A stretch of 32,801 bases of DNA from Gammaproteobacteria bacterium (GTDB taxonomy: Bacteria > Pseudomonadota > Gammaproteobacteria > Pseudomonadales > Azotimanducaceae). This document shows positions 19,576-28,276 of this stretch, piece by piece. The stretch spans positions 7,969-40,769 of the forward strand of contig NZEI01000077.1 of assembly GCA_002690405.1 (NCBI GenBank). Reading direction: 5' to 3'. The position numbers were made by a program, and so were the translations under genes. The notes under the pieces were generated by a model that made no database searches, was not told where the DNA came from, and saw only the letters and a list, made by a program, of their open reading frames with translations. Each line of letters opens with the position of its first letter. Positions within the stretch are counted from its first letter, which is position 1.

Positions 19576-19747
19576 AGCGAGGTCTCCTAAGAGTGATAGT
19601 GTTTAAACAGATGATCGAGCCACTCAGCGGCGGCCGTGCAGTGATCATTTTGGTGCCAAAGATTGATCCAAAATTTCTTTGCCTCGTGAAAGGGCTTCGG
19701 TGCCATGGCTGCAAAGTCTGGCATCGGCGAAACTGTGATCTCTGGGA

Positions 19748-21292
19748 CTACACAATTCTAGTCTTGTGATTGCCCCAGTACTTGTCTTTCAACAGGCGTT
19801 TATAGAGCTTTCCTGTGTCGTGGCGTGGCAATTCCGCGAGGAAATCAATTGATCGCGGACATTTAACCGGGCTGATCCGATCTTTACACCATTGCATGAG
19901 TTCCGCTGCAAAGTCTTCATCCGCTTCGCCCATATCTTGTGGCTCCACAATCGCTTTAACTTCCTCACCGAATTCTTCGTTTGGCACACCAATTACCGCT
20001 ACATCAGCAACTCTTGGGTGGGTAATCAGACAGTCTTCGGTTTCTTGCGGATAGATATTTACGCCGCCAGATATAATCATGAAGGCTTTGCGGTCAGTAA
20101 GATACAGATAACCCTCTTTATCCACATAGCCAACGTCACCGAGCGTGGAGTAACCTTGCTTGCTTTTGGAATCTTGGGTTTTCTCTGGGTCTTTGTAATA
20201 TTCGTAGTTGGCCTCGCTCTCGAAAAAAATAGCGCCTATTTCCCCAGTTTCGAGCGCTTCATCGTTTTCTTCATCCAAAATGTGAACATTGGCGCCGACC
20301 GGCTTGCCAACGCTGCCTTTATGCTGCAACCACTCGTGGCTATCAATCTTACAAAGGCCTACACCCTCGGTACCGGCGTAGTATTCGTAGATGACCGGCC
20401 CCCACCATTCGATCATCTGTTCTTTAACCGCAACGGGACAGGGTGCCGCAGCATGTACGGCATACTTCAGGCTAGACAGATCAAAACGCGCGCGCACAGA
20501 CTCAGGGAGTTTCAGCATGCGCACGAACATCGTGGGCACCCATTGAGAATGGCTTACACGGTGGCGCTCAATTAGCTCCAACGCTTGTTCGGGATCAAAA
20601 TTTTCCATAACAATGACGGTGCCGCCCAAGCGAAGCACCGTCATGGTAAAGCCAATAGGCGCGCCGTGATAGAGAGGAGCAGGCGATAGGTAAATTGACC
20701 CCTCGCTAATCCGATAAAGGTTTGTCACCGCTTCAAGGCCTCGCTCCTCACCGAATGCCTTCATGGAAAGTGCGCGCTTGATGCCCTTCGGACGACCGGT
20801 CGTTCCCGAGCTGTACAGCATGAGCGAGCCTTCCATTTCGTCTTCTATTGGGGTTTGGGGTTGCGCCTGTAGGGCGTGCTCCCATGAGAGGTCATCGTTT
20901 GCCGGATTGCCTACAAGGTAATGCTTTAACAGCCCCGGGCAGTCTTGCTTGAAATCTGCTGCTGTATCGGGCTTGTCGTTAGAACCAATGAAGACTTTGG
21001 CATCGCAGTTGTGGACGATATAGGCAATTTCTGGCGACGTTAAGCGAGAGCTTATGCAGGTGTAGTAGAGTCCTGCTCGCTGTGCAGCCCAGCAGATCTG
21101 AAAAAACTGTGCATTATTTTCCATGCAAAGCGCGATATGGTCGCCGGTTTGTAAACCTAGCGAGCGAAATAACTGGGCACCTTGGTTGGAGCGTTCATTC
21201 AATTCGCTGTAGGTCACTGATTGCCCGGTACTTGCCATAATATAGGCTGGCTTATGGGGTGTTTGCTGCGCCTGAATTCCTGGATGCATCAT
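19748..21292 (-). CDS. Acyl-CoA synthetase / long-chain fatty-acid-CoA ligase (FadD4-like)
   Basis: AMP-binding motif YSSGTTGRPKG, YYAGTE, GDVGY, SGGVNIYPQE and GKLYK. The start overlaps the upstream stop (ATGA). Confidence 0.92.
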   Translation of the reverse strand: MMHPGIQAQQTPHKPAYIMASTGQSVTYSELNERSNQGAQLFRSLGLQTGDHIALCMENNAQFFQICWAAQRAGLYYTCISSRLTSPEIAYIVHNCDAKVFIGSNDKPDTAADFKQDCPGLLKHYLVGNPANDDLSWEHALQAQPQTPIEDEMEGSLMLYSSGTTGRPKGIKRALSMKAFGEERGLEAVTNLYRISEGSIYLSPAPLYHGAPIGFTMTVLRLGGTVIVMENFDPEQALELIERHRVSHSQWVPTMFVRMLKLPESVRARFDLSSLKYAVHAAAPCPVAVKEQMIEWWGPVIYEYYAGTEGVGLCKIDSHEWLQHKGSVGKPVGANVHILDEENDEALETGEIGAIFFESEANYEYYKDPEKTQDSKSKQGYSTLGDVGYVDKEGYLYLTDRKAFMIISGGVNIYPQETEDCLITHPRVADVAVIGVPNEEFGEEVKAIVEPQDMGEADEDFAAELMQWCKDRISPVKCPRSIDFLAELPRHDTGKLYKRLLKDKYWGNHKTRIV

Positions 21293-22461
21293 ATATTTTC
21301 TTCTCCCTTGGTTATCAGTTCGGCCATTTTTTGTCTTTGATAGGCCGCGTCACCACACAGGCTCTGGCTATGGAGCTGGCGTTTTAAATAAATGTGAACG
21401 AAGCTCTCCCACGTAAAACCAATACCGCCGTGCAATTGAACGGACTTTTTCGAGCCATACGATGCGGCGTCATTGGCAGCCGCCTTGGCCATACGAGCGT
21501 AGAGCTCTGCGAACTCAGGTTCGTAGTCAATCGCGCAGGCGGCGTTGTAGAGGTGAGATCGGGCTAAATCAATTGCCACCATGAAATCTGCTAACGGATG
21601 CTTTACGGCCTGAAAGAAGCCTAGGTTGCGATCAAATTGTTTGCGAGTCCGCGCGTAGTCTGCGGTTGTTTGGAGTTGCCATTCAGCGGCACCGCACATG
21701 TCCGCACAAACCAAGGTCAGCAGGGCAGGGGTAGCCTCTTCAAGAGCCGCTACTGCTTGCCCGGGATCGCTCACGATCTGACTGTTCTCGATCGCCACCT
21801 GATCAAACTCGAGGTATGCCTGGTCGCGGGTCAGGTCAATGATGGTATTTGGGTTTACCCTGAGCCCATGTAGATTGGCGGGTACGACGACCAATCTTGG
21901 CTCTCCGTCCTGTTTTGCGTTTACTAAGAAGTAATCGACTTTTTGTGCATCCTGAACGAAAAAAACTGTGCCTGTGAGCTCATTGCCTTCAAGAATCACT
22001 TCAGAATCCGTGTGTTCCCAAGACCCTCCCTGGCTGCTTGCAGCGTAGCTGAAGGATTTACCTTCGCAGATTAGATTCAATGCCTTATCCGCATTGTCAT
22101 TGCCACAAGCGCTTAGAATATAAGACGCGCCCAGTGTTGGAATGAGGGGGGCTGGCAGTGCGGCCCGCCCGGCCTGTTCCACTAGGGCGGCCACGGCAAC
22201 TGCAGACATACCCATGCCGCCCGCGCGCTTTGGAATCGCTGCCATTAGCCAGCCCAAGTCTATTATCCGCTGCCACAGATTCTTGTCCCATCGGCAGGCT
22301 GAGCCGTTCTGTAAATTGCTGTCCTGGGCCACCAGTTGGTGAAGCTGATGTGCTGGCAGATTTTCTCGAAAGAACGTTTCCGCGATATCTTTTAAAGCAA
22401 GCGCATCAGCATTGAATCCAAAATCTTTTGGCGCTTGAACTGCTTTTGTCGACTCGCTCAC
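21289..22461 (-). CDS. Acyl-CoA dehydrogenase (beta-type partner subunit)
   Basis: RKQFDRNLGFFQAVKH, QLHGGIGFTWE and DLTR. GTG start. Confidence 0.87.
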   Translation of the reverse strand: MSESTKAVQAPKDFGFNADALALKDIAETFFRENLPAHQLHQLVAQDSNLQNGSACRWDKNLWQRIIDLGWLMAAIPKRAGGMGMSAVAVAALVEQAGRAALPAPLIPTLGASYILSACGNDNADKALNLICEGKSFSYAASSQGGSWEHTDSEVILEGNELTGTVFFVQDAQKVDYFLVNAKQDGEPRLVVVPANLHGLRVNPNTIIDLTRDQAYLEFDQVAIENSQIVSDPGQAVAALEEATPALLTLVCADMCGAAEWQLQTTADYARTRKQFDRNLGFFQAVKHPLADFMVAIDLARSHLYNAACAIDYEPEFAELYARMAKAAANDAASYGSKKSVQLHGGIGFTWESFVHIYLKRQLHSQSLCGDAAYQRQKMAELITKGEENI

Positions 22462-22473
22462 AGGGAGTTTCCT

Positions 22474-23712
22474 TTATTTACTCTTTGCCAAGTCCAACAC
22501 GCGTTCCCCGAGAATATTCCTCTGGATTTCGCTCGTGCCAGCCGCAATGGTGCTGCCAAAAGAACTCAAATAAGCCAGCGGCCATTTGCCATTATCTGGG
22601 GCATGTTTGTCGAAGTTGGAAAGAGTTCCGCTTGGGCCTTCAATCTCTAAGGCAACGGCAGCGGCATCTTGAACGTACTCGGTACTTAAAAGCTTATCCT
22701 GCAGGGCAAAACGTTGATATTCAGCCAGTCCCGAGACACCGCGAAGTCGACGGTGTTGCTTTATGCCCACTTGACGCACCAGCATCTGCATCACCTTGTC
22801 GTTAATGACTGGGTCTTGATCTGCCGGTTTATTGTTGCGCGTGCATTGTTGGGCGAGTTTGAGGAGTGGGAAGCCCGCGATGCTGGTATCCCGTTTTTCT
22901 TCGCTCCCTTGGCCACCAGACATGGGTGTCGTGAGGGAGCCAGCACCTCGCTCGTGGGCCAATGTTGTCATTGCAACTTGCCAACCCTTGCCGACGTCGT
23001 CGAGTCGCAAGGCGTCGTCGATTTCGAGGCCATCAAAAAGCTCTTCATTAAAGCCGGTTTCACCAGTGATCTTAATAAGCGGCCGGACCGTCACTGACTT
23101 GCCAAGTTCAGATTTGATTGGGACGACAAAGTAGGTGAGACCGTTATACTTATCTGATCGGTCAGTACGCGCCAGCAGAATCATCCATGTTGCGAATTGG
23201 GCTGTAGAAGTCCAAATCTTGTGACCATTGATCAGCCATTTATCGCCTTTGCGCTCAGCGAAGGTTTGTACGCTGGCGAGGTCAGATCCTGCGCCGGGTT
23301 CGCTAAATCCTTGGCACCACAGCTCCTCACCGGAAAGCAGTTTGGGCAGTAATCTTCGTTTAAGCTCTTCGGCCGCGTGAAAGTAAATAGTCGGTGCGGC
23401 CATGCCGAGACCGATTACGCCCGGGAAGATAGGTGTCTTGGCAAGCAGCATTTCTTGATTCGCAACAAGCTGGCAGCGGGTTCTGCCGCCCCCGCCGTAT
23501 TCGGTCGGATAGTCGCAACCCACTAACCCTGCATTATATGCAGACCGTTGCCAGGCGAGGTAATAAGCCAAATGTTCCTCGGTCGCTACTTCCGCGCCAC
23601 TTTTCAGAGGTTTGAAATTTGGTGGTTTCGGAACATTGGTGGCCAACCACTCGCGGCAGTAACGCCTGAAATCCTCTTGCTCGGGTGTATCGCGTTTTGC
23701 TTTTTCTGTCAT
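22474..23712 (-). CDS. Acyl-CoA dehydrogenase (alpha-type subunit)
   Basis: WCQGFSEPGAGSDLA, NGHKIWTS, LAHER and TIAAGTSEIQRNILGERVL. Confidence 0.9.
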   Translation of the reverse strand: MTEKAKRDTPEQEDFRRYCREWLATNVPKPPNFKPLKSGAEVATEEHLAYYLAWQRSAYNAGLVGCDYPTEYGGGGRTRCQLVANQEMLLAKTPIFPGVIGLGMAAPTIYFHAAEELKRRLLPKLLSGEELWCQGFSEPGAGSDLASVQTFAERKGDKWLINGHKIWTSTAQFATWMILLARTDRSDKYNGLTYFVVPIKSELGKSVTVRPLIKITGETGFNEELFDGLEIDDALRLDDVGKGWQVAMTTLAHERGAGSLTTPMSGGQGSEEKRDTSIAGFPLLKLAQQCTRNNKPADQDPVINDKVMQMLVRQVGIKQHRRLRGVSGLAEYQRFALQDKLLSTEYVQDAAAVALEIEGPSGTLSNFDKHAPDNGKWPLAYLSSFGSTIAAGTSEIQRNILGERVLDLAKSK

Positions 23713-23733
23713 GTTAATTCCGATAAAACCGTT

Positions 23734-24531
23734 TTAATCGCCGCCAAACTGAGGGCTGCGCTTTTCGAAGATAGCTTTTCTGGCCTCTTTTCCGTCACGA
23801 CTGGCCAGGCCTTTTCCTGTTAGGCGAAGTTCATTTCGAACCACGGCGGCCAGGTCGTCAGGCAAGCCTACTTGGGATATCTGGGCCTTTGTCTGAGTTG
23901 CAGCAAGTGGAGCAATCTGGGCGATTTTTTCGCAGTAGGCGACGAAGGCTTCATCGAAATTTTCTGCGGGTGACACGCTGCCAATCATGCCCATGGCGAG
24001 CGCCTTCTGGGCATCGATAAACTCAACTTCAAGTAAGAAACGCATGGCTTGCTCGTGCCCTACAGTTTGGGGCAGGGTCCAGGTTAAACCGCAATCCGGT
24101 GAAGTGCCGACACGGGCGTACCCGGGGTGGAAGGTGGCAGTACTGCTCGCCATTCGCATGTCGCAGCACATGGCCAGCGACAGCCCAGCACCAATGGCCA
24201 GACCATTGATACCGGCAATAACCGGCTTTTCACAGTGGACTTTGATGCCGGTTACCAGCTGCACCACTCTCTCGATTGTATCTTCGGCACTATCACGTCT
24301 TTTTCCCGGGCTTAAGTCGGCCCCTGCACAAAATGTGTCACCGTTACCGGTAATGCCGATTACACGAATCGAGGGTTCATTACTGGCCTTATCAATGGCG
24401 CAGACAATGGCCTCGGTTAGCTCGCCTGACATTGCATTTTTTTTGTCTGCGCGGTTAAGCCTTAGGATGCGCGTGTTGCCTCGGGTCTCCTCAAGTAAAA
24501 CCGGTTCGCTCAGGGGATTTTCTGCACTCAT
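23734..24531 (-). CDS. Crotonase-family protein, PaaG/isomerase-like
   Basis: FCAGADL, KPVIAGINGLAIGAGLSLAMCCD and GTSPDCG, with an Asp in place of the hydratase Glu pair. Confidence 0.85.
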   Translation of the reverse strand: MSAENPLSEPVLLEETRGNTRILRLNRADKKNAMSGELTEAIVCAIDKASNEPSIRVIGITGNGDTFCAGADLSPGKRRDSAEDTIERVVQLVTGIKVHCEKPVIAGINGLAIGAGLSLAMCCDMRMASSTATFHPGYARVGTSPDCGLTWTLPQTVGHEQAMRFLLEVEFIDAQKALAMGMIGSVSPAENFDEAFVAYCEKIAQIAPLAATQTKAQISQVGLPDDLAAVVRNELRLTGKGLASRDGKEARKAIFEKRSPQFGGD

Positions 24532-24593
24532 CTGTTAAGTCTCCTGTTTGCGTAAATCAATTTGGATGCACCAGCTTTGCTGCATTGATGCAC

Positions 24594-25826
24594 CTACCTT
24601 GTTGCCCTCCCAGCAAAGCCGGAAGATGCAACGATTGCTGGGATTAGTAGTACTCCAAGCACGATCCAAGCGTTTTCATAGTCGCCGGTTGCATCGTAAA
24701 TTGTCCCAGCGATCCATGGACCCGCCGCTCCCAACGCAAGCACGGTGTACATGAGGCCTTTGACCCGGCCAAAGGAAAGCGCGCCAAAATCGCGTCGAAT
24801 GATGGAGGCTGACAGCGGCATGCTGCAGGCTGCGGCGAAGCCTACTAATGCCGCCGTGACCATCAAAATTGTGTAGGTGATGGCGCTCACCGTTAGCAAC
24901 AGCAGAACAACAGCGAGCGCTCCGCAGGCGCTCACAAACAGCACCCGAATATTCATTCTGTCTGACAGAAAACCAAACAAGAGTTTTGCTCCGATCATCA
25001 CGAAAGCCATTAGGGCAACGACCGTTGAGACCTTCATGGCGTCGATGTTGTTATCTGAGGCCAGCGGTGCAAGGTTTTGTTGAATGGCAATAAAAACTGC
25101 TGAAATTACGGTAAAACACAAAGCCATGGACCAGAAGGATCGACTCATCAGGATGTCTCGTAGTGTCCATTCTTTGCCTTGGTATTGTTGTGTACTTGGC
25201 CCCGAATCCTCTGATAAATGGTCTGCCTCATCGCTTTCTGGGTTTTTTGGTTTGTCTTGCAGGAACAGGCAGGCCGGTGTGATAACGACGACAACCAAAC
25301 CCGCCAACCAAAGATTGGCCTCTCGCCAGCCATGGGTAGATTGCAAGTACACGATTAGCATGGGCAGTAGCAATCCGCCTATGGACGAGCCAGTTGATAC
25401 GATACCTAGGGCCAGTCCAGCGTTGCGGTCGAACCATCGTGCAGTGATCGTCTGCGCCGTGATTGAGCCTGCCAGTAACAATCCAGCAACAATGGTTAGG
25501 GAAAAGATGAGGCCGATTTGCCATAACTCACGCGCATAGGCTGACAGAACCAATCCCGAGGCAAACAAAAAGCCGCCAGCCATGACGAGCCAGCGGACGG
25601 GTAATTGGTCTGCTGCGCGTCCGGCAAAGGCAGCAAACACCGCCATGCCTAACTGAATACTCATGAAGATAAGCATGATGACGCCCCGGCCGGTATCAAA
25701 CTCGGTCTCCCAATAAGGCACCCAGAAAGTGAAGCCGTAAATAGCGATGCCATAAGTGATCGCTTGATAGGCGATGGCGATGCCAACGATGTTCCAACCG
25801 TAAAACCAAGGCGTGTTGAGCCGCAT
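24594..25826 (-). CDS. MFS transporter (MFS_1, monocarboxylate-porter-like)
   Basis: About 12 hydrophobic segments. N-terminal FYGWNIV, GRAAD, RWFDRNAGLALG and GFLSDR. Confidence 0.87.
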   Translation of the reverse strand: MRLNTPWFYGWNIVGIAIAYQAITYGIAIYGFTFWVPYWETEFDTGRGVIMLIFMSIQLGMAVFAAFAGRAADQLPVRWLVMAGGFLFASGLVLSAYARELWQIGLIFSLTIVAGLLLAGSITAQTITARWFDRNAGLALGIVSTGSSIGGLLLPMLIVYLQSTHGWREANLWLAGLVVVVITPACLFLQDKPKNPESDEADHLSEDSGPSTQQYQGKEWTLRDILMSRSFWSMALCFTVISAVFIAIQQNLAPLASDNNIDAMKVSTVVALMAFVMIGAKLLFGFLSDRMNIRVLFVSACGALAVVLLLLTVSAITYTILMVTAALVGFAAACSMPLSASIIRRDFGALSFGRVKGLMYTVLALGAAGPWIAGTIYDATGDYENAWIVLGVLLIPAIVASSGFAGRATR

Positions 25827-25919
25827 GGTTAGCCTACAGTCCCTGAGTTCGTTTGCTAACGCACGGTATGCTATGTCCCATGTCGTTGTTTATGACTCGT
25901 TCCTCTCTCCCCAAGCTCT

Positions 25920-25935
25920 AATTAGTATCCTAATA
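25920..25935. promoter_or_regulatory. Candidate operator site 4 (AATTAGTATCCTAATA; reverse complement TATTAGGATACTAATT)
   Basis: Recurring motif about 95 bp upstream of the MFS-crotonase-ACAD-ligase operon. Confidence 0.6.
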
Positions 25936-26101
25936 AAGGGGGTCGGTGTGCAAGTTTGAATATTATCGGTGTCGGATTTCAAACGGTTGCGACATCAGAC
26001 AAGTTTTCCGGCACTTGAAGCACAAGCGCAGATACACCCTACCGCACTATGGCCAGGAAATTGTGCCGTAGTCGTGGGTTGGATCTCAGTGGTGGCGAAG
26101 T

Positions 26102-26117
26102 AAATAGTATACTATAA
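26102..26117. promoter_or_regulatory. Candidate operator site 5 (AAATAGTATACTATAA)
   Basis: Contains the perfect palindrome ATAGTATACTAT and lies upstream of the kinase. Confidence 0.5.
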
Positions 26118-26310
26118 AAGCTGCCCCCCGAAGTTTCCGCGCAAATTTTTGGGGACAATGCAAACGGGTTTAAGGTCACCGTTGCCGATGCTGATCAGTA
26201 CGATGGCAACAGATCTTGGTTCAGTGAAGACGTGATTATGAGAGGCTGTTGCCAAACCTGGCTTATCGAGCCTACCAAGGTGCGCAGTCGCTGAGTAGAT
26301 AAAGGGTAAT

Positions 26311-27390
26311 ATGAACATACAAGACGAACTCGGCCCCGTTGAGCGGGTGGAGGACATATCAGCGCACTGGGTTACAGCTGCACTCCGCGATGCGGGCTTA
26401 GAAGCTGAAGTTAGCCAAGTCAGTTTCGCCGCAATCGGCACTGGACAGATGGCAGACAGTTTCCGGCTCAGTTTAGCTTATTCACACGACAGAGCATTTT
26501 TACCATCCAGCATGGTGCTGAAAATGCATGCTGCGGATGCGCTCAGCCGTCAGGCAGGTGCGGGTGGTGCCTATGATTCAGAAGTGCGTTTTTATACAGA
26601 CCTTGAACCAACTCTCGATGTCCGTGTACCGAGGTGTTTTTGCGCTTTAGGTCCGGATCAACAATATCGTTTCGCCTTGCTGCTTGAGGATATGGCGCCC
26701 GCGAGGCAAGGAGATCAGTTGTTGGGCTGCGATATTAACGCGGCGCATAATGCGGTATTGAACCTAGCTAGGTTGCACGGGCCGCGATGGTGTGACCCTA
26801 CACTAAAAGACACCCTATGGTACCGGACTCCTCAACAAAGAAATGCGCTTGGTGCCTTAGTTCTAGAAAGCACAGCGCGGTTTATTGAACATTATCGTAG
26901 ACGAATTTCTAAAGACGATGAGTCAGTATTGCGAGCATTTGCACCCCGATGCACCGAGTGGCTGCAAGGGCGTTCTGAGCGGTTTGCTCCTGTGCATGGG
27001 GATTACCGTCTTGACAATCTCCTGTTTGGAATAAGCGGGGCGGATGGGGTTGAAGTTACTGCCGTCGACTGGCAAACCGTAGACATTGGGTTGCCTGGCC
27101 GAGATCTTGGCTATTTTCTGGGCAACAGCCTTGTGCCTGCTGAGAGGCGCCGTTTCGAGGTTGAATTAGTGCGGTCTTATTATGATGGCTTACTTCGCTA
27201 CGACGTCGACAATTATTCGTGGCAGGATTGCTTCGATGACTATCGCTACGGGCAATTTCAGGGGTTGATGATCACAGTCCTGGCGTCAGTTGGTTTGTCC
27301 CATACCGAGCGTGGAGATGCCATGTTTATGGCTATGTCATCGCGCGCGTGTGAGGCGATTCGCGACCTTGACAGTTTTGACTTGCTTTAA
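26311..27390 (+). CDS. Phosphotransferase, APH / ecdysteroid-kinase-like family
   Basis: IGTGQM, EVRFY, LLLEDM, Brenner motif HGDYRLDN and VDWQ. Confidence 0.85.
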   Translation: MNIQDELGPVERVEDISAHWVTAALRDAGLEAEVSQVSFAAIGTGQMADSFRLSLAYSHDRAFLPSSMVLKMHAADALSRQAGAGGAYDSEVRFYTDLEPTLDVRVPRCFCALGPDQQYRFALLLEDMAPARQGDQLLGCDINAAHNAVLNLARLHGPRWCDPTLKDTLWYRTPQQRNALGALVLESTARFIEHYRRRISKDDESVLRAFAPRCTEWLQGRSERFAPVHGDYRLDNLLFGISGADGVEVTAVDWQTVDIGLPGRDLGYFLGNSLVPAERRRFEVELVRSYYDGLLRYDVDNYSWQDCFDDYRYGQFQGLMITVLASVGLSHTERGDAMFMAMSSRACEAIRDLDSFDLL

Positions 27391-27398
27391 AGGGTCGC

Positions 27399-28130
27399 TT
27401 AACTGATAACCCATGACACGGGCGTGTCTAGCAACTCTGGCGCATTTTTTTCCCAATAACGCTTGCTCGCGGCGTGCATCTTAGTGGAAATCTCGAATGC
27501 TTTTTCGGCATCACCCGCTTCGATCGCCCGCAGAATACTTTGAGAATGCTTCAAATGAGCCTGACGCTGCTCTAAGTCATACTCAATGCCCGAACCATGG
27601 GACATTCGATGTAACGCATTGACCAGAAAGCCGAGCACAAGGTTATTCGATGCTTCGGCTAACTTTTCTTGAAAGCGCCGGGCTTCATAAGTTGTCTCGG
27701 ATGAGTCGTGCATGGCGGCACCTAGCCGCTCCACGCACCTCCGTAACTCAGCAATGTCTTGATGAGTCGCATGTTTGGATGCTTCGGCTACTAGCACCGG
27801 ATAAATTGAGCGTCTTGCTTCTAGCACTGACAGGAATGTTGCATTTGCAAACTGTAGCTGCAGTGACATAGCGCTGGTTAAATGATCGATGTCAGGAACG
27901 CTGACTACAGGCCCGCCGCCAGGTCCCGCTTTGATGCGCAACGCTCCCTGCATTTCCAGGTATCGTAGAGCCTCACGCATGGTGGCACGGGCGACTCCGT
28001 ACTTTTCAACCATAACGTGTTCCGGATCCAGTTTTGCTCCCGGTCGCAGTCCACGATCCTGGATTTCAACCACAATTTGTCTTGCGACTCGTGTTGCAGC
28101 TCTTTCGCTGGGTAAAGCAGTGCCAGTCAT
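27399..28130 (-). CDS. GntR-family transcriptional regulator, FadR subfamily (winged HTH plus FCD domain)
   Basis: LRPGAKLDPE...YGVARATMREALRYLEMQG...GPGGG, with an all-helical C-terminal domain (EARR, SNNLVL, H..IL.AIEAGD). Confidence 0.9.
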   Translation of the reverse strand: MTGTALPSERAATRVARQIVVEIQDRGLRPGAKLDPEHVMVEKYGVARATMREALRYLEMQGALRIKAGPGGGPVVSVPDIDHLTSAMSLQLQFANATFLSVLEARRSIYPVLVAEASKHATHQDIAELRRCVERLGAAMHDSSETTYEARRFQEKLAEASNNLVLGFLVNALHRMSHGSGIEYDLEQRQAHLKHSQSILRAIEAGDAEKAFEISTKMHAASKRYWEKNAPELLDTPVSWVIS

Positions 28131-28276
28131 CGGTATCCAGATTTTGCTGATTTCGGAAATGTTTGAAGTTGAGCCAAGTCGCCAAGCGCACCCGACCCCC
28201 TAAATTATAACATGCAACGTTGATATGGAGGCATATAGCTCTATTTCTGCGATAGTGGGGTAATGCTAGCCCGCAG

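Noticed and set aside
25936-26310. ncRNA, riboswitch or small CDS in the long intergenic region (short + strand frames; ORF 26112-26441 on the - strand)
   Set aside because: No recognisable RNA motif, stable repeat or protein similarity by eye. An Rfam or blastx search would be needed.
26311-27390. Aminoglycoside resistance gene
   Set aside because: The APH fold alone is insufficient. The length, DWQ motif and catabolic context fit a metabolic kinase.
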